A DNA stretch of 64,000 nt from an uncultured delta proteobacterium (GCA_963729715.1 CAVSPA010000007.1:352001-416000), one strand, 5' to 3'. Shown: positions 18,667 to 31,180, numbered from the stretch's first letter. Notes: generated by a model from the sequence alone, not told the origin. Numbers and translations are program-made.

Positions 18667-20694
18667 CTACGACGGCTGCATAAAGATGCGGGCATCCACG
18701 ACGAGGACACCCTGTTCATAGACGAGCACAGGGTTCAGATCAATCTGATCAATTTCCGCATTATCAATTGCCAGCTTGGATACACCCTTCATGACTTCTA
18801 TCAGCTTCTTTACGTCTTTCGGCCGTCGGCCCCGGACACCGGCAAGCAGAGGATATCCGGTAATGGTCTCGATCGTCTGCCGCAGTTCTGCATTTGAAGC
18901 AGGGAGCAGGCAGAACTGTACATCCCTATAAATTTCCGTGAAGATTCCCCCCAGGCCGAACATCAAAATGGGCCCATACTGGGGATCCCTGAAAATACCT
19001 ACAATGACGTCCTGGCCGCCTGCTTCGGCCATGGGTGATACGGTTACCCCCTCGATCAGGGCACCGGGTGCGTGAACGGCGGCGCTTGCCATGATTTCGT
19101 GATAGGCGGTGCGTATTTCCTTATCGGTGGATAGATTAAGGCGTATGCCGTCAACGTCACTCTTATGGGCTATGTCCGGCGAGGCCACCTTGAGGACCAC
19201 GGGAGTGGCGAACGTGCGGGCCAACGCTGTGGCCTCCTCGGGTGATTTTGCGAGTTTCGCGGCAGCCACGGGAATGCCGGCCTCATCGAGCAGCGTCACT
19301 GTCTCATTTGCACCCATCAATTGCAGGCCTGAGGTTGACGTTTGAGATGAAGAGGGAATAACGGCGCGGCTGTCGAACCGGAAGAACTGATACAAGGCCT
19401 TGAGGCCGCGTTCCGGCGTGGGGAATACCGGTATGCCCCGCTGGTGGATTAGAACGCGCTCCTCTCTTTCGACATCGGCGCCGCCCAAGAAGACAACCAC
19501 CTCTGAGGCGCCCGGAGTGACAATTTTAGATGCGCCGGCAATCGGGTCGCCAAAGACTATGACCATAGTGTCATAGTCGCCTTTTGCCGCATCGATCACT
19601 TTACTGTACAGCGTCGGATCACCGATCACGTCTCCCGTAAGGTCGATGGGGTTATCAATCGAACAGTGCGCCGGTAATATTGCACGCAACCGTTCCCTCA
19701 ATGCGGCTGTAGGTCGCGGCGATTCGAACCCGAGCTTTTCCGCCTGATCTATGGCCAGAATGGCGGAGCCTCCCGAGCTGGTGATATTGAGCAGGCGCTT
19801 TCCCGGAGGCTTGGACATATAGGCTAATGCCTTGGCGTAGTCGTAGAGTTCTTCTATGGTATCGGCTCGGTGGATTCGGTATTTCCTGAAGATGGCGTCG
19901 TAAACAGCATCCACTCCCGCCATTGACTTGGTGTGCGATTCTGCCGCAACACGGCCCCGCGGCGTGCGGCCGGATTTTAAAATAACGACGGGTTTCGTGG
20001 CCGCGGCCAGCGCTTCTTGAAATTCAACGGGCCGTTTGACGCCTTCCACATAGAGGGCGATCACCTTGGTATTGGGATCATTGCTAAAATACTGGATGCA
20101 ATCTGTTTCATCGACGTCGGCGCGATTGCCGAGACTTACGAAGGCGCTTACCCCGAGGTGCTCCTCGCTCGCCCAGTCCATGAGCGCCGCCCCGACCGTA
20201 CCGCTCTGGGAGATAAATGCCATGTGGCCCTTCCTGGTAAGGAGCGGCCATGACGCGCAGAGATTTTGATGAGGATTATTCACTCCCTGACAGTTGGGAC
20301 CCATCACCCGGATGCCGTGGCGGCGCGCGGTATTAGCCAGCTCTACCTGAAGTTTTTCACCTGCTTCTCCCGCTTCCGCAAACCCGCCCGTAATGACTAC
20401 CGCGGCCTTAACCCCCGCCATGCCGCACTGGTCGATTGCACTGGGCACCGCCTTTGCCGGAATGATCACCACCGCAAGATCCGGCGCGGGCGAAATATCG
20501 CCGATCTGCTTGTATGCAGGCCGCCCCAGAATCTGATCCGCTTTCGGGTTGACAGGATATATCGGACCGGCAAAATCGGCGTGGATCAGGTTGTAGACAA
20601 CGTCATAACCAAGTTTGCCCGGAGCAGGTGAAGCTCCGATTACCGCAACACTCTTAGGTTTAAAGATGGCATCCAGTTGATTTATCAGCTGCAT
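18667..20694 (-). CDS. Acetate/acyl-CoA ligase (ADP-forming) family, alpha-beta fusion
   Basis: PKSVAVIGAS, GPNC.G, SQSG, SLGN.AD, SHT phospho-His, ATP-grasp HKSDV.G, DLNP. Confidence 0.92.
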   Translation of the reverse strand: MQLINQLDAIFKPKSVAVIGASPAPGKLGYDVVYNLIHADFAGPIYPVNPKADQILGRPAYKQIGDISPAPDLAVVIIPAKAVPSAIDQCGMAGVKAAVVITGGFAEAGEAGEKLQVELANTARRHGIRVMGPNCQGVNNPHQNLCASWPLLTRKGHMAFISQSGTVGAALMDWASEEHLGVSAFVSLGNRADVDETDCIQYFSNDPNTKVIALYVEGVKRPVEFQEALAAATKPVVILKSGRTPRGRVAAESHTKSMAGVDAVYDAIFRKYRIHRADTIEELYDYAKALAYMSKPPGKRLLNITSSGGSAILAIDQAEKLGFESPRPTAALRERLRAILPAHCSIDNPIDLTGDVIGDPTLYSKVIDAAKGDYDTMVIVFGDPIAGASKIVTPGASEVVVFLGGADVEREERVLIHQRGIPVFPTPERGLKALYQFFRFDSRAVIPSSSQTSTSGLQLMGANETVTLLDEAGIPVAAAKLAKSPEEATALARTFATPVVLKVASPDIAHKSDVDGIRLNLSTDKEIRTAYHEIMASAAVHAPGALIEGVTVSPMAEAGGQDVIVGIFRDPQYGPILMFGLGGIFTEIYRDVQFCLLPASNAELRQTIETITGYPLLAGVRGRRPKDVKKLIEVMKGVSKLAIDNAEIDQIDLNPVLVYEQGVLVVDARIFMQPS

Positions 20695-20756
20695 GGGTCC
20701 TCCTTGTCGCTCTTGGTTAAGAAGAAATGAAGGGTGTTAAGCGGAAAAGGTATAAG

Positions 20757-20785
20757 AGTATAAGAAAAATGTATATACGTGTCAA
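20757..20785 (-). promoter_or_regulatory. sigma70-type promoter of the acyl-CoA ligase gene
   Basis: Minus strand TTGACA-N17-TATACT. Confidence 0.7.
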
Positions 20786-20817
20786 TTGGAAAGACATTGG
20801 AAAGACATTGGAAAGAC
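20785..20817. repeat. Perfect tandem repeat (ATTGGAAAGAC)x3
   Basis: Three exact 11-bp units at 20785, 20796 and 20807. Confidence 0.95.
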
Positions 20818-20883
20818 GAAGCCTGGACGCAGTGCAGTACGGTAGTCCTGCTGGTATGGCCGATCCCACGGTCTGCACTACTT

Positions 20884-21519
20884 TTATGATGTTATTGCCG
20901 GAAAATACCCCGCAATCTCGTGAAGAAACTGTTCACGATCCATGTAACGGATAACCCGCAACCCCACCTGTTCAGCCCTTTCGCAGTTTCCTCCGTCATC
21001 GTCAACAAAGAGTACTTTATGGGCCTCAGTTCCTAACACACGGACCACGTCCTCAAAATGGCTCGGGTCCTTCTTGCTTTTTCCCATATGATAACTGTTG
21101 AAAACATAATCGAACAGCCTAAAAAAGTCATGATGGGCGTCAAGTTCATCAAGCCAGTTGGTCTGGTCGCTGAGCATACCGACACGCAGTTTAATGTCCT
21201 TGAGTCTTTTCACTGTGTCGATCATCCATTTTCTCATTATGAATCGAGACAGTATTTCATTTCTCAGGTGTTGATCATCACCCTGGATGCCGGTAGTCCT
21301 TCTCAATATTTCCCAATAGGCGCTCTCGGAAGCCTTGCCGATAACGTAGCCACAGGCATGGATCACATCGTTGGCAGTCCTGACAAAAGTCTCTACGTCG
21401 AGTCCGTTTGAGTTCGCAATTGCCCGGAGGCCGTTCCTGAAGCCTTCCTCAGAGAGAACCCCTCCAAAATCAAACAGCACTGCTTCAATACCGTCGGTTT
21501 CACGAAATGTATTTTCCAT
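20884..21519 (-). CDS. HAD family phosphatase
   Basis: FDFGGVL, LSD, SKK, FVDD motifs. Confidence 0.88.
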   Translation of the reverse strand: MENTFRETDGIEAVLFDFGGVLSEEGFRNGLRAIANSNGLDVETFVRTANDVIHACGYVIGKASESAYWEILRRTTGIQGDDQHLRNEILSRFIMRKWMIDTVKRLKDIKLRVGMLSDQTNWLDELDAHHDFFRLFDYVFNSYHMGKSKKDPSHFEDVVRVLGTEAHKVLFVDDDGGNCERAEQVGLRVIRYMDREQFLHEIAGYFPAITS

Positions 21520-21639
21520 ATGATAAATTCAAGAAATCGATTGAGTTCAATGCAATTGATTATTACAATAATCCAAAAAGAATGATACAAAAATCCGACA
21601 AGGGCAATTAATTTTTCTAATCCTCATTTTTTTCTGCGC

Positions 21640-22839
21640 ATGAACAGTCAGATCAGATTCGTCATCTATGTATGTGTGGCCGAAATATTCTCCATGGCCG
21701 GGACGATGTACTTCCCTGCCCTTCTTCCCGGCTTTCAGGCCGAGTGGGGTCTCAGCAATACCGAGGCCGGTTGGATCAACGGCATCTTCTATGGAGGATA
21801 CGCGGCCTTTGTACCCATCCTTGTGAGTCTCACCGACAGGATTGACCCGCGCCGCATCTATCTCTACTCGGCCGTTTTCGGCGCAGCCTCGATGGCGGGC
21901 TTCGGGTGGCTTGCCGAGGGCACCCTGACGGCAATGTTATTCAGATTTTGCGCGGGTGTCAGCCTGGCCGGCACGTACATGCCGGGGTTGAAGGCGCTTA
22001 GCGATCACATCACAGGCAAAACTCAGAGCAGGTCCATCGCCTTTTACACATCTTCGTATGGCATCGGCACGGCCATATCGGTGTTTCTGTCCGGATGGCT
22101 GGTGACCTGGCTTGACTGGCGCTGGACGGCTGTGATACTGGCATTAGGCTGCCTCGGAGCCGTATTGATCTTTGCTCTTGCCGTTGAAGCAAAGACGCCT
22201 GATCTTCCGCTGAAAGAACCCCTCCTTTCATCCTTTAATTTTCGCGGAGCCCTCCAGAACCGTTCGACCGTGGGCTACATGTGCGGTTATGCGGTTCACT
22301 GTTGGGAGCTCTTCGGGTTTCGTACATGGCTCGTCGCCTTTCTGGCTTTCAGCATAAGCCTGCAGACTGCGCGCGAATATCATATCACTCCGCAAAACCT
22401 GGCCACGATCGTTCTTTTCGCAGGCGTGCCTGCCAGTGTCCTAGGCAATGAACTGGCGCTGATTTCGGAACGCAGGCGCGTCATCACCATTTTTATGCTT
22501 GCCGCCGGCCTCATCGGGTGTGCCATAGGTTTTACCGCCGCTCTCCCCTTTATCATGGTCGCGGGACTCTGCCTCCTCTATGGGATTGCCATGATGCTCG
22601 ACAGCGCTGCGCTGACAGCCGGTGTGGTAGCAGCCGCACATGACTCTGAACGCGGCAGGACCTTGGCGCTCTATGCGTTTGTCGGATTCGGTATGGCCTT
22701 TCTTGCACCTCTCGCCATCGGTCTTGTACTCGATGTCTCCGGCAGCGGAATATGCGGATGGGGATTTGCCTTTGCCATACTCGGATTGGTTTCCATGACC
22801 GGACCCATCTGGCTCAAACTGTTTCGCGACAATACCTGA
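21640..22839 (+). CDS. MFS transporter
   Basis: LTDRIDPRR motif A, AGTYMPG, HCWELFG, many TM segments. Confidence 0.88.
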   Translation: MNSQIRFVIYVCVAEIFSMAGTMYFPALLPGFQAEWGLSNTEAGWINGIFYGGYAAFVPILVSLTDRIDPRRIYLYSAVFGAASMAGFGWLAEGTLTAMLFRFCAGVSLAGTYMPGLKALSDHITGKTQSRSIAFYTSSYGIGTAISVFLSGWLVTWLDWRWTAVILALGCLGAVLIFALAVEAKTPDLPLKEPLLSSFNFRGALQNRSTVGYMCGYAVHCWELFGFRTWLVAFLAFSISLQTAREYHITPQNLATIVLFAGVPASVLGNELALISERRRVITIFMLAAGLIGCAIGFTAALPFIMVAGLCLLYGIAMMLDSAALTAGVVAAAHDSERGRTLALYAFVGFGMAFLAPLAIGLVLDVSGSGICGWGFAFAILGLVSMTGPIWLKLFRDNT

Positions 22840-22899
22840 TGTTTCGTTCCCTTTTGCGGGAACAACCCTCATTGAAATCTTAAAAAGGAGATTCGCACC

Positions 22900-23319
22900 A
22901 TGAAGTCCTATCGTGAGGAATTATGGTTTAACACCCCCGGCAGGAGGGCATTCGTCAATATTACACCTCAAGTAGTACAGTGCCTCAAGAAGAGCGGGAT
23001 CAAAGAAGGTCTGGCGCTGGTGAATGCGATGCACATCACGGCTTCCGTTTTCATCAACGATGACGAGTCGGGTCTGCATGAGGACTATGATCAATGGCTG
23101 GAGAAGCTGGCGCCCCATGAACCCGTATCGCATTACCGTCACAATCGTACCGGTGAGGACAACGGGGATGCCCACTTGAAGCGTCAAATCATGGGAAGGG
23201 AAGTAGTCGTTGCGATTACAAACGGCAGGCTCGATTTCGGCCCGTGGGAGCAGATTTTTTACGGAGAATTTGACGGCAGGAGAAGGAAAAGGGCTCTCGT
23301 AAAAATCATCGGTGAGTAG
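22900..23319 (+). CDS. yjbQ: YjbQ/UPF0047 family protein
   Basis: [37 protein letters not shown]. Confidence 0.92.
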   Translation: MKSYREELWFNTPGRRAFVNITPQVVQCLKKSGIKEGLALVNAMHITASVFINDDESGLHEDYDQWLEKLAPHEPVSHYRHNRTGEDNGDAHLKRQIMGREVVVAITNGRLDFGPWEQIFYGEFDGRRRKRALVKIIGE

Positions 23320-23353
23320 ACAACTCTTGCGATGCGAGCAAGCAGGCGCCCGG

Positions 23354-24850
23354 TTAATTGCGCTTATTATTATCGCTGCTGTTGAGATCCTTGTTCGACG
23401 GGAGCGAGGAGGAATTCCAACCGCCGCCGATCGCTCTGATCAGGAGAACGCTCGCGGCCATCCGACGGCCGAGAATATTGATGGCGGTTATTTCGTTTGC
23501 AAGCAGGATAGTTTGCACAGTCACCACGTCGAGGTAGCTGATTGTTCCGGCCCTGTACTGGTTCATGCTAAACTCGAGGGATCGTCGCGCGGCGCTTACC
23601 GCTTCGCCCTGGATGCGAGATTCTTCCTCCAGTATCCGGAGGGCAGCGAGATTATCTTCCACTTCCTGAAATCCCCCGAGCACGGTTTGACGATAGGACG
23701 CCACCGTTGCGTCATATGCTGCCCGTGCCTGGTCCGTGAGGGCGCTGCGCAGGCCTGCATCGAATACGGTCTCCGTCAGGGCCAGTCCGACTGACCAGAG
23801 ACGGCTTGGCCAGGACAGCCAGTCCGACAGATGCGAGGATTCAAACCCGCCGGTTGCATTCAAGATAACATTCGGGAAATAGGCCGCCTTGGCAACCCCG
23901 ATCTGGGCATTTGCCGCCGCTAAGCGCCGTTCCGCACCGGCAATGTCAGGCCTTCGTTCAAGGAGTTCCGAAGGAATACCAAAAGGTACGGCGACCGGCG
24001 TCGCAGCGAGGGGCGTTGCCGGAATGGATAAAACAGACGGCGCTTTGCCGACGAGGAGCGCGATCGCGTGCTCCAGTTGGGAGCGCTGCACCCCCACATC
24101 TATCGCCTGCGCCTGCGTGGTTTTGAGCTGGGTTTCGGCCTGAAGGACGTCGGCCCTGGATGACACACCGCTGACGTAGCGCCTATTGGTCAGTTCCAGA
24201 GTTTTCTGGAAGGCGGCCACCGTGGCATTGAGAAGCTTCTTTTGAGCGTCGAGTGAGCAAAGCTGGAAATAGTTTTGTGCCAGTGCCGCCTGGGTGCTGA
24301 GGCGGATCGATTCGAGGTCCGCTGCGCTTGCCTGGGCGCCCGCCTGGCTTGCCTCGACAGTACGACGGACCTTGCCCCAGACATCCGGCTCCCACGAGGC
24401 CGTCCCTGTCAACAGCAGGTCGGAAACCTGGTTCGTCGCACCGAGAGAGTTAGGGGCATTAGCTGATCCGAGAGAACGTGTGGCCTGGGCTCCCATTGCG
24501 ACATTGGGAAAATAGCCTGCACGGGCAGCCTGCACGGCCGCACGCGCCTGACGGAACTGTGCTTCCGCCGCAGCAACATTCTGATTCGATATATTCACCT
24601 GCTCTTCTAGCGCGTCAAGCTGATGATCTTGAAATATCTTCCACCAAGCTCCGCGAACGACGGCCTCCTGAGGCTGTGCCACCTTCCACTCCGCGCCTTC
24701 CTTGTAGGCAGCGGGCACTTCGTCTTCCGGTTTCACATAGTCGGGTCCGACCGCACAGCCCGTAAAAATGACAAGCATCCCGGCAACGGCGGCAATTGCA
24801 AGGCTGCGCGGCTTTATCCATTCTCGATAACCTGCTTTAGCACGAATCAT
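23354..24850 (-). CDS. RND efflux outer membrane lipoprotein (NodT/OprM family)
   Basis: Lipobox TGC-AVGPDY, WW..F.D..L, SWEPDVWG, LLERRPDI..AE. Confidence 0.92.
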   Translation of the reverse strand: MIRAKAGYREWIKPRSLAIAAVAGMLVIFTGCAVGPDYVKPEDEVPAAYKEGAEWKVAQPQEAVVRGAWWKIFQDHQLDALEEQVNISNQNVAAAEAQFRQARAAVQAARAGYFPNVAMGAQATRSLGSANAPNSLGATNQVSDLLLTGTASWEPDVWGKVRRTVEASQAGAQASAADLESIRLSTQAALAQNYFQLCSLDAQKKLLNATVAAFQKTLELTNRRYVSGVSSRADVLQAETQLKTTQAQAIDVGVQRSQLEHAIALLVGKAPSVLSIPATPLAATPVAVPFGIPSELLERRPDIAGAERRLAAANAQIGVAKAAYFPNVILNATGGFESSHLSDWLSWPSRLWSVGLALTETVFDAGLRSALTDQARAAYDATVASYRQTVLGGFQEVEDNLAALRILEEESRIQGEAVSAARRSLEFSMNQYRAGTISYLDVVTVQTILLANEITAINILGRRMAASVLLIRAIGGGWNSSSLPSNKDLNSSDNNKRN

Positions 24851-24935
24851 ATGTTATTCCTTCTGGCGGTTCATCTTACCAAGATGGACTCCCGCAAACA
24901 ACGAATTTTTTACGCATGCTGCCTGCCGAATCCGA

Positions 24936-27900
24936 TCACCGCACATCCGACGCCCCCGCAGGCACATTATGTAGAGCCGCCCGCTTCCTCTCCGTCTTTC
25001 TTCTTTCCAGGCGGAGCCGCAGGCGGTCAAGATATAGATATACCACCGGAGTTGTGTAGAGCGTAAGCATCTGGCTGAAGATCAACCCGCCGACGATGGC
25101 GATACCGAGGGGACGTCGGAGCTCGGACCCGACGCCGAACCCAATGGCCAGGGGCAGCGCCCCGAGGAGCGCCGCCATGGTTGTCATCATAATCGGCCGG
25201 AACCGCAGCAGACATGCTTGATAGATTGCTTCTTCCGGACTTTTCCCTTCATTGCGTTCCGCCGCCAGGGCGAAGTCTACCATCATGATGCCGTTTTTCT
25301 TTACGATGCCGATGAGCAGGACAAGTCCGATCAGGGCTATGATGGTAAGCTCTGTGCCTGAGATCAGCAAGGCTACGAATGCCCCGACACCTGCCGATGG
25401 CAGCGTGGAGAGTATGGTAAGCGGATGGATGTAGCTCTCATACAACACGCCGAGGACGATGTAGACCGCTACCAGCGCGGCAAGGATCAGGAGAGGCTGG
25501 TTGGCGAGGGACGCCTGAAAGATCTGGGCCGTCCCCTGAAAGCTGCCGTGAATGCTCGCAGGCAATCCCATCTTCCGGGTGGCGGATTCGATCGCTTTCA
25601 CTGCATCACCCAAGGCCAGCCCCGGCGCGAGGTTGAATGATAGCGTCACCGCGGGGAATTGTCCCTGGTGGCTCACTGCGAGCGCCGTCTGCGTCATGTC
25701 GTAATGGGTGAAGGCGCTCAAGGGAACAAGCGCCCCGGTCGATGACGGCGCATAGATATAGCGGAGCGTCTCCGGACGTTGCCAGAAGCTGGGTTCCACT
25801 TCCATCACCACATGGTACTGATTCAACGGCGTATACATGATCGATACCTGCCTCTGGCCGAAGGCGCTGTAAAGCGTATCATCGATCACCTGCGGGCTGA
25901 CGCCGAGGCGTGACGCCGTGGCGCGATCGATAACAAGCGACGCTTGAAGCCCTTTGTTCTGCTGGTCACTGCTCACGTCGACAATGCCCGGAACATCGCG
26001 CAATCGCTGTTCTATAAGGGGGCACCATGTCATGAGATCAATCAGGTTTTCCCCCTGGAGCGTGTATTGGTATTGGCCTCCGCCCATCCGCCCCCCCGCG
26101 CGCACATCCTGTACGGCCTGGAGATATGCAGGAGCTCCGGGAACGCTGCTGATTTTCTTGCGAAGTCTGCCGATTACCTGGTCGGCGCTGAGCTTCCTCT
26201 CCTCTATGGGTTTCAGGGCGATGAACATTCGTCCTGTATTAGTCGTCGCACGCCCGCCGGAGCCGCCGGTGAATGCGACAACCGTGTCCACAGAGGGATC
26301 TTTCCCGATGATGTCGACAATCGCCGCCATTTTCCCCCTCATCGATTGGAACGATATGTCCTGTGCCGCGAGTATTGTGCCTGTCAGGCGGCCCGTATCC
26401 TGCTGAGGGAAGAATCCTTTCGGGACGATGACAAACAGCACTATACTGATCACGATTGTGGAGAGCATCAGGGAAAGCATGAGTCGCGGGTGTTTTAGCG
26501 CCCACGACAGGCTTCTCTCGTAACCCTGATGCATCCCGTCAAACAGACGCCCGCTTAAATTAAACAGTCGTCCGTGTGTCCGGACCTTTTCCGTTTTCAG
26601 AAAGTAGGCGCACATCATCGGCGTGGTTGTAAGCGAAACCACGAGAGACACCATGATGGCGGCGGAAAGCGTCACGGCGAATTCGCGGAAGAGCCGGCCC
26701 AGCATCCCTCCCATGAGCAGGATGGGGATAAACACTGCCACGAGGGAAACGCTGATCGAAAGGACAGTGAAGCCGATCTCCCGTGCACCGAGCAAGGCGG
26801 CCTGATGGGAAGGAACGCCTTTTTCCAGATGACGGGTGATGTTTTCGAGGACGACAATCGCGTCGTCCACGACAAAACCCGTGGCAATTGTAAGCGCCAT
26901 AAGGGAGAGGTTATCGAGGCTGTAGCCGCAGAGGTACATGACTCCAAAGGTGGTGATGAGCGACACGGGTACGGCAATACTCGGTATGAGGGCGCTTCGC
27001 GCATGCCGCAAGAACGCAAAGACCACCAGGATCACGAGTATGCCGGAAATGACGAGTGTGCGCTCTACGTCCTTCAAAGAGGCGCGGATCGTTGTTGTCC
27101 GGTCGAGAACGACGGAGAGGTTGATTGCTCCGGGGATGGACGCTTCAAGCTGCGGCAAGAGTTCAACGACGCGGTCCACGGTCTCGATGATATTTGCCCC
27201 CGGCTGACGGAACAAGATAACCATCACGGCGGGTTTGCCGTTTACCAGACCCGCATTGCGTATATCCTCAACCGAATCCTGCACGTCGGCAACATCAGAC
27301 AGCCTTACCGCCGCCCCCGACTGGAAGGCGACGATGATCGGACGGTACAGTTCCGCCTTGTACATCTGATCGTTCGTTTTGATCTCCCATGTCTTCTCGC
27401 CGTTTGCCAGTTGTCCCTTGGGCCGGTTCACGTTGGTGTTGGCAAGGGCGGTCTGCACATCGCTAAGGCCGATTCCGTACTTGCTCAGTGACAGGGGATT
27501 CAACTCCACGCGCACCGCCGGCAATGAACCGCCGCCGACTATTACCTGTCCGACGCCTTCCACCTGAGAGATCTTTTGCTGGAGGATGGTTGACGCCGCG
27601 TCATACATCTGTGCCCTTCCGACCGTATCAGAGGTGAGGGCCAGGATAAGTATAGGCGCCTCGGCCGGATTTACCTTGCGATAGGTCGGGTTCGAAGGAA
27701 GCGCCGCCGGCAGGTAGGATCGGGCGGCATTGATTGCCGCCTGGACGTCACGGGCCGCTCCATCGATGTTGCGGTCCAGGTCGAACTGCAGGACGATCGA
27801 CGTAGACCCGAGGTAACTGGTAGACGTCATCTCGGCGACGCCCGCAATATGTGCAAACTGCCGCTCCAGCGGCGCCGCCACCGACGTTGCCATTGTCTCC

Positions 27901-28076
27901 GGACTCGCCCCCGGCAGGACAGCAGATACGGAGATCGTCGGATAGTCCACCTGTGGCAAAGGAGACAAAGGAAGCAAACGAACTGCGATCAGCCCGGCGA
28001 GAACCATTCCTATGGTGAGAAGGGTCGTCGCCACGGGCCTCCTGATGAAAGGGGCTGAGAAATTCGCGCCGATCAT
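24936..28076 (-). CDS. mdtC: RND multidrug efflux permease MdtC-like
   Basis: [45 protein letters not shown]; second RND gene of the pair. Confidence 0.88.
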   Translation of the reverse strand: MIGANFSAPFIRRPVATTLLTIGMVLAGLIAVRLLPLSPLPQVDYPTISVSAVLPGASPETMATSVAAPLERQFAHIAGVAEMTSTSYLGSTSIVLQFDLDRNIDGAARDVQAAINAARSYLPAALPSNPTYRKVNPAEAPILILALTSDTVGRAQMYDAASTILQQKISQVEGVGQVIVGGGSLPAVRVELNPLSLSKYGIGLSDVQTALANTNVNRPKGQLANGEKTWEIKTNDQMYKAELYRPIIVAFQSGAAVRLSDVADVQDSVEDIRNAGLVNGKPAVMVILFRQPGANIIETVDRVVELLPQLEASIPGAINLSVVLDRTTTIRASLKDVERTLVISGILVILVVFAFLRHARSALIPSIAVPVSLITTFGVMYLCGYSLDNLSLMALTIATGFVVDDAIVVLENITRHLEKGVPSHQAALLGAREIGFTVLSISVSLVAVFIPILLMGGMLGRLFREFAVTLSAAIMVSLVVSLTTTPMMCAYFLKTEKVRTHGRLFNLSGRLFDGMHQGYERSLSWALKHPRLMLSLMLSTIVISIVLFVIVPKGFFPQQDTGRLTGTILAAQDISFQSMRGKMAAIVDIIGKDPSVDTVVAFTGGSGGRATTNTGRMFIALKPIEERKLSADQVIGRLRKKISSVPGAPAYLQAVQDVRAGGRMGGGQYQYTLQGENLIDLMTWCPLIEQRLRDVPGIVDVSSDQQNKGLQASLVIDRATASRLGVSPQVIDDTLYSAFGQRQVSIMYTPLNQYHVVMEVEPSFWQRPETLRYIYAPSSTGALVPLSAFTHYDMTQTALAVSHQGQFPAVTLSFNLAPGLALGDAVKAIESATRKMGLPASIHGSFQGTAQIFQASLANQPLLILAALVAVYIVLGVLYESYIHPLTILSTLPSAGVGAFVALLISGTELTIIALIGLVLLIGIVKKNGIMMVDFALAAERNEGKSPEEAIYQACLLRFRPIMMTTMAALLGALPLAIGFGVGSELRRPLGIAIVGGLIFSQMLTLYTTPVVYLYLDRLRLRLERRKTERKRAALHNVPAGASDVR

Positions 28077-31000
28077 TTCTTGCTGTCCTCGTCATTTGCT
28101 TCATCGGAGCGATGCCCAGCAAAGCGCACTGCCAGCCTGTCAAACCACAGATAGATGACCGGGGTCGTGTACAGCGTGAGCACCTGGCTCACAACTAGGC
28201 CACCGATGATGGAAATGCCGAGGGGGCGACGAAGCTCTGCGCCCACGCCGGTGCTGATTGCCAGAGGCAGTGCCGCCAAGAGGGCTGCCATGGTCGTCAT
28301 CATGATCGGCCGGAACCGAAGCAGGCATGCCTGATAGATGGCGTCTTCCGGGCTTTTTCCTTCATTGCGTTCCGCCGCCAGGGCGAAGTCCACCATCATG
28401 ATTCCGTTCTTCTTCACGATGCCGATAAGAAGGATGATGCCTATCAGGGCAATGACGCTGAACTCCGTGCGGCATATCATCAGGGCAAGAAGCGCTCCCA
28501 CCCCTGCGGAAGGCAGTGTAGAGAGGATCGTGACTGGGTGAATGTAACTCTCGTAAAGTACTCCAAGGACGATGTAAACCGTGATCAGCGCCGCGAGGAT
28601 CAAGATGGGCTCATTAGCGAGCGATGACTGGAAGGCCTGGGCAGTGCCTTGGAAGCTCCCCCGGATGCTCGCCGGCATTCCGAGTTTCTGCGTGGCAGAA
28701 TTAATTGCCTTGACTGCATCTCCAAGGGATGCATCAGGCGCGAGATTGAAGGACAGGTTTGTTGACGGAAACTGCCCCTGATGGCTGATGATAAGTGGAC
28801 CCAGGGTTTCCTTGAACTGGGTAAACGCGCCGAGGGGCACCTGCCCGCCGCTCGCGCTTCTGACATAGAGGTCGCCCAATTTTTCCGGATGCACCTTGAA
28901 TTCCGGTTTGACCTCGAGGATGACCCGATACTGGTTCAACTGTGTGAACATCGTTGATACCAGCCTCTGGCCATAGGCGTCGTAGAGTGTATCGTCGATG
29001 AGCTGCGGGGTAATTCCGAGCCTTGACGCAGTAGCCCTGTCAATCACAAGCGAGGCCTGCAATCCTTGGTTCTGCTGATCGCTGCTTACGTCGCGAAGTT
29101 CCGGGAGCTCATGCAGCGCGTCGACAAGTTTCGGAGTCCAAAGGTCGAGCTCGTCGGCATTCGGGTCTTCGAGACTGTACTGGTACTGCGTGCGGCTCAC
29201 GCGGCTTTCGACTGTGAGGTCCTGCACCGGCTGCATGTATACGTTGATTCCGTTGAGTTTCGCGAGTTCAGGTTGCAGGCGGCGTATAATCTCACTCGCG
29301 CTCGCATCGCGGCCGGAGAGCGGCTTTAGGTTGATAAGGACGCGTCCGCCGTTCAGAGTCGTATTGGTTCCATCCACCCCGATAAACGTGGACAGGCCCT
29401 GCACGGCCGGGTCGCGGAGGATCGTCCGTGCGAGGGCCTGCTGCTTCTCGGCCATTGCCTGAAACGATGTCCACTGCGGCCCTTCCGAGATGCCGAGGAT
29501 AAGTCCGGTATCCTGGACGGGAAAGAAACCTTTTGGTATGGCAATATACAAAAGAACTGTAAAGACGAGTGTTGCAACTGCCACAACGAGCGTCGCCGTC
29601 TGGCGATCGAGCACCCACTTAAGAGACCTGCCGTAGGCCGCGATTATCCGGTCAAACATATGCTGTGATACGCGGTAGAGGGCCTTCTGCTGTTCCTCCG
29701 GTTTGTGCTTCAGCAGCCTTGCGCACATCATCGGCGTCAACGTAAGTGAAACCACTGCGGAGATCAGGATCGTAATGCCGAGGGTGATGGCAAACTCACG
29801 GAAAAGCCTTCCCACCACATCACTCATGAAGAGAAGCGGGATAAGAACAGCGACAAGTGAGATGGTCAGAGACACAATGGTGAAGGCAATCTGCTCCGAA
29901 CCTTTAAGGGCCGCCTCAAGCGGGGATTCACCCTGCTCTATGTACCGGGCAATATTTTCTATCATGACGATAGCGTCATCCACAACGAAGCCCGTCGCAA
30001 TTGTGAGGGCCATAAGCGTCAGGTTGTTCAGGCTGAATCCGAGAAGATACATGAGCCCGAAGGTGCCGACCAAAGAGAGGGGCACGGCAACGCTAGGGAT
30101 GGATGTTGCCGACAGGGTGCGCAGGAACAGAAAGATGACCATCACCACCAGGGCCACCGCCAGCATTAATTCGAACTCCACATCGCGAACAGATGCGCGG
30201 ATTGTTGTCGTGCGGTCCGTAAGTATGGAAACCTGAATGGCGGAAGGAAGCGAACTCTGCAACTGCGGCAGCAGCTTCTTGACGCGGTCGACAACCTCGA
30301 TGACATTAGAGCCCGGCTGCCGCTGTATATTGACGATCACCGCAGGAGCATCATTCATCCATGCCGCGAGCTTTACGTTCTCCGCATCATCGATGGCATC
30401 GGCAACGTCGGAAAGCACCACGGGAGCATTGTTGCGATAGGCTACTACGAGAGGCCTGTACTCTTTGCTTGACAGGAGTTGGTCGTTGGCGCCGATAATA
30501 GAAGACTGCCGCGGCCCGTCAAAGCTCCCCTTTGCCTGATTCACATTGGCTGCGGCTACCACCGCGCGCAGATCCTCGAGGGTCAGGCCGTAGGCCGCCA
30601 GGGCCGTGGGGTTTGCCTGTATCCTGACAGCCGGTCTTTGCCCTCCGCTGATACTGACAAGCCCCACCCCGGAAAGCTGTGAGATCTTCTGGGCGAGTCG
30701 CGTATCCGCAAGGTCCTCAACCTGCGGGAGAGACATTGTATCTGAAGTCAGCGCCAGAGTAAGTATCGGCGCATCAGCCGGATTAACCTTACTATAGACC
30801 GGCGGGTTCGGAAGATCCCTCGGAAGGAAGGTGGCGGCCGCATTGATAGCCGCCTGCACCTGCTGTTCGGCCACGTCAAGACTGAGCTCAAGGGTGAACT
30901 GAAGTATAATGACCGAACTGCCGCCGGAACTCGTTGACGTCATCTGTTTCAATCCGGGCATCTGGCCGAACTGACGCTCGAGGGGAGATGTTATGGATGA

Positions 31001-31180
31001 AGCGATGACATCGGGGCTTGCACCGGGATAAAAGGTGAACACCTGGATGGTTGGATAATCCACCTGCGGCAAGGCGGAAACAGGCAACTGGCGGTAGGCC
31101 ACGAAGCCGGCCAAGAGAATTGCTACCATGAGCAGGGTAGTCGCGACAGGCCTCAGGATGAAAATGCGCGAAGGGTTCAT
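28073..31180 (-). CDS. mdtB: RND multidrug efflux permease MdtB-like
   Basis: [40 protein letters not shown]. Confidence 0.9.
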   Translation of the reverse strand: MNPSRIFILRPVATTLLMVAILLAGFVAYRQLPVSALPQVDYPTIQVFTFYPGASPDVIASSITSPLERQFGQMPGLKQMTSTSSGGSSVIILQFTLELSLDVAEQQVQAAINAAATFLPRDLPNPPVYSKVNPADAPILTLALTSDTMSLPQVEDLADTRLAQKISQLSGVGLVSISGGQRPAVRIQANPTALAAYGLTLEDLRAVVAAANVNQAKGSFDGPRQSSIIGANDQLLSSKEYRPLVVAYRNNAPVVLSDVADAIDDAENVKLAAWMNDAPAVIVNIQRQPGSNVIEVVDRVKKLLPQLQSSLPSAIQVSILTDRTTTIRASVRDVEFELMLAVALVVMVIFLFLRTLSATSIPSVAVPLSLVGTFGLMYLLGFSLNNLTLMALTIATGFVVDDAIVMIENIARYIEQGESPLEAALKGSEQIAFTIVSLTISLVAVLIPLLFMSDVVGRLFREFAITLGITILISAVVSLTLTPMMCARLLKHKPEEQQKALYRVSQHMFDRIIAAYGRSLKWVLDRQTATLVVAVATLVFTVLLYIAIPKGFFPVQDTGLILGISEGPQWTSFQAMAEKQQALARTILRDPAVQGLSTFIGVDGTNTTLNGGRVLINLKPLSGRDASASEIIRRLQPELAKLNGINVYMQPVQDLTVESRVSRTQYQYSLEDPNADELDLWTPKLVDALHELPELRDVSSDQQNQGLQASLVIDRATASRLGITPQLIDDTLYDAYGQRLVSTMFTQLNQYRVILEVKPEFKVHPEKLGDLYVRSASGGQVPLGAFTQFKETLGPLIISHQGQFPSTNLSFNLAPDASLGDAVKAINSATQKLGMPASIRGSFQGTAQAFQSSLANEPILILAALITVYIVLGVLYESYIHPVTILSTLPSAGVGALLALMICRTEFSVIALIGIILLIGIVKKNGIMMVDFALAAERNEGKSPEDAIYQACLLRFRPIMMTTMAALLAALPLAISTGVGAELRRPLGISIIGGLVVSQVLTLYTTPVIYLWFDRLAVRFAGHRSDEANDEDSKK

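Noticed and set aside
26574..27491. 305-aa plus-strand ORF inside mdtC, and similar long antisense ORFs at 31210, 43198, 48083 and 49174
   Set aside because: They fully overlap conserved genes on the other strand, as is typical of shadows in GC-rich coding DNA.
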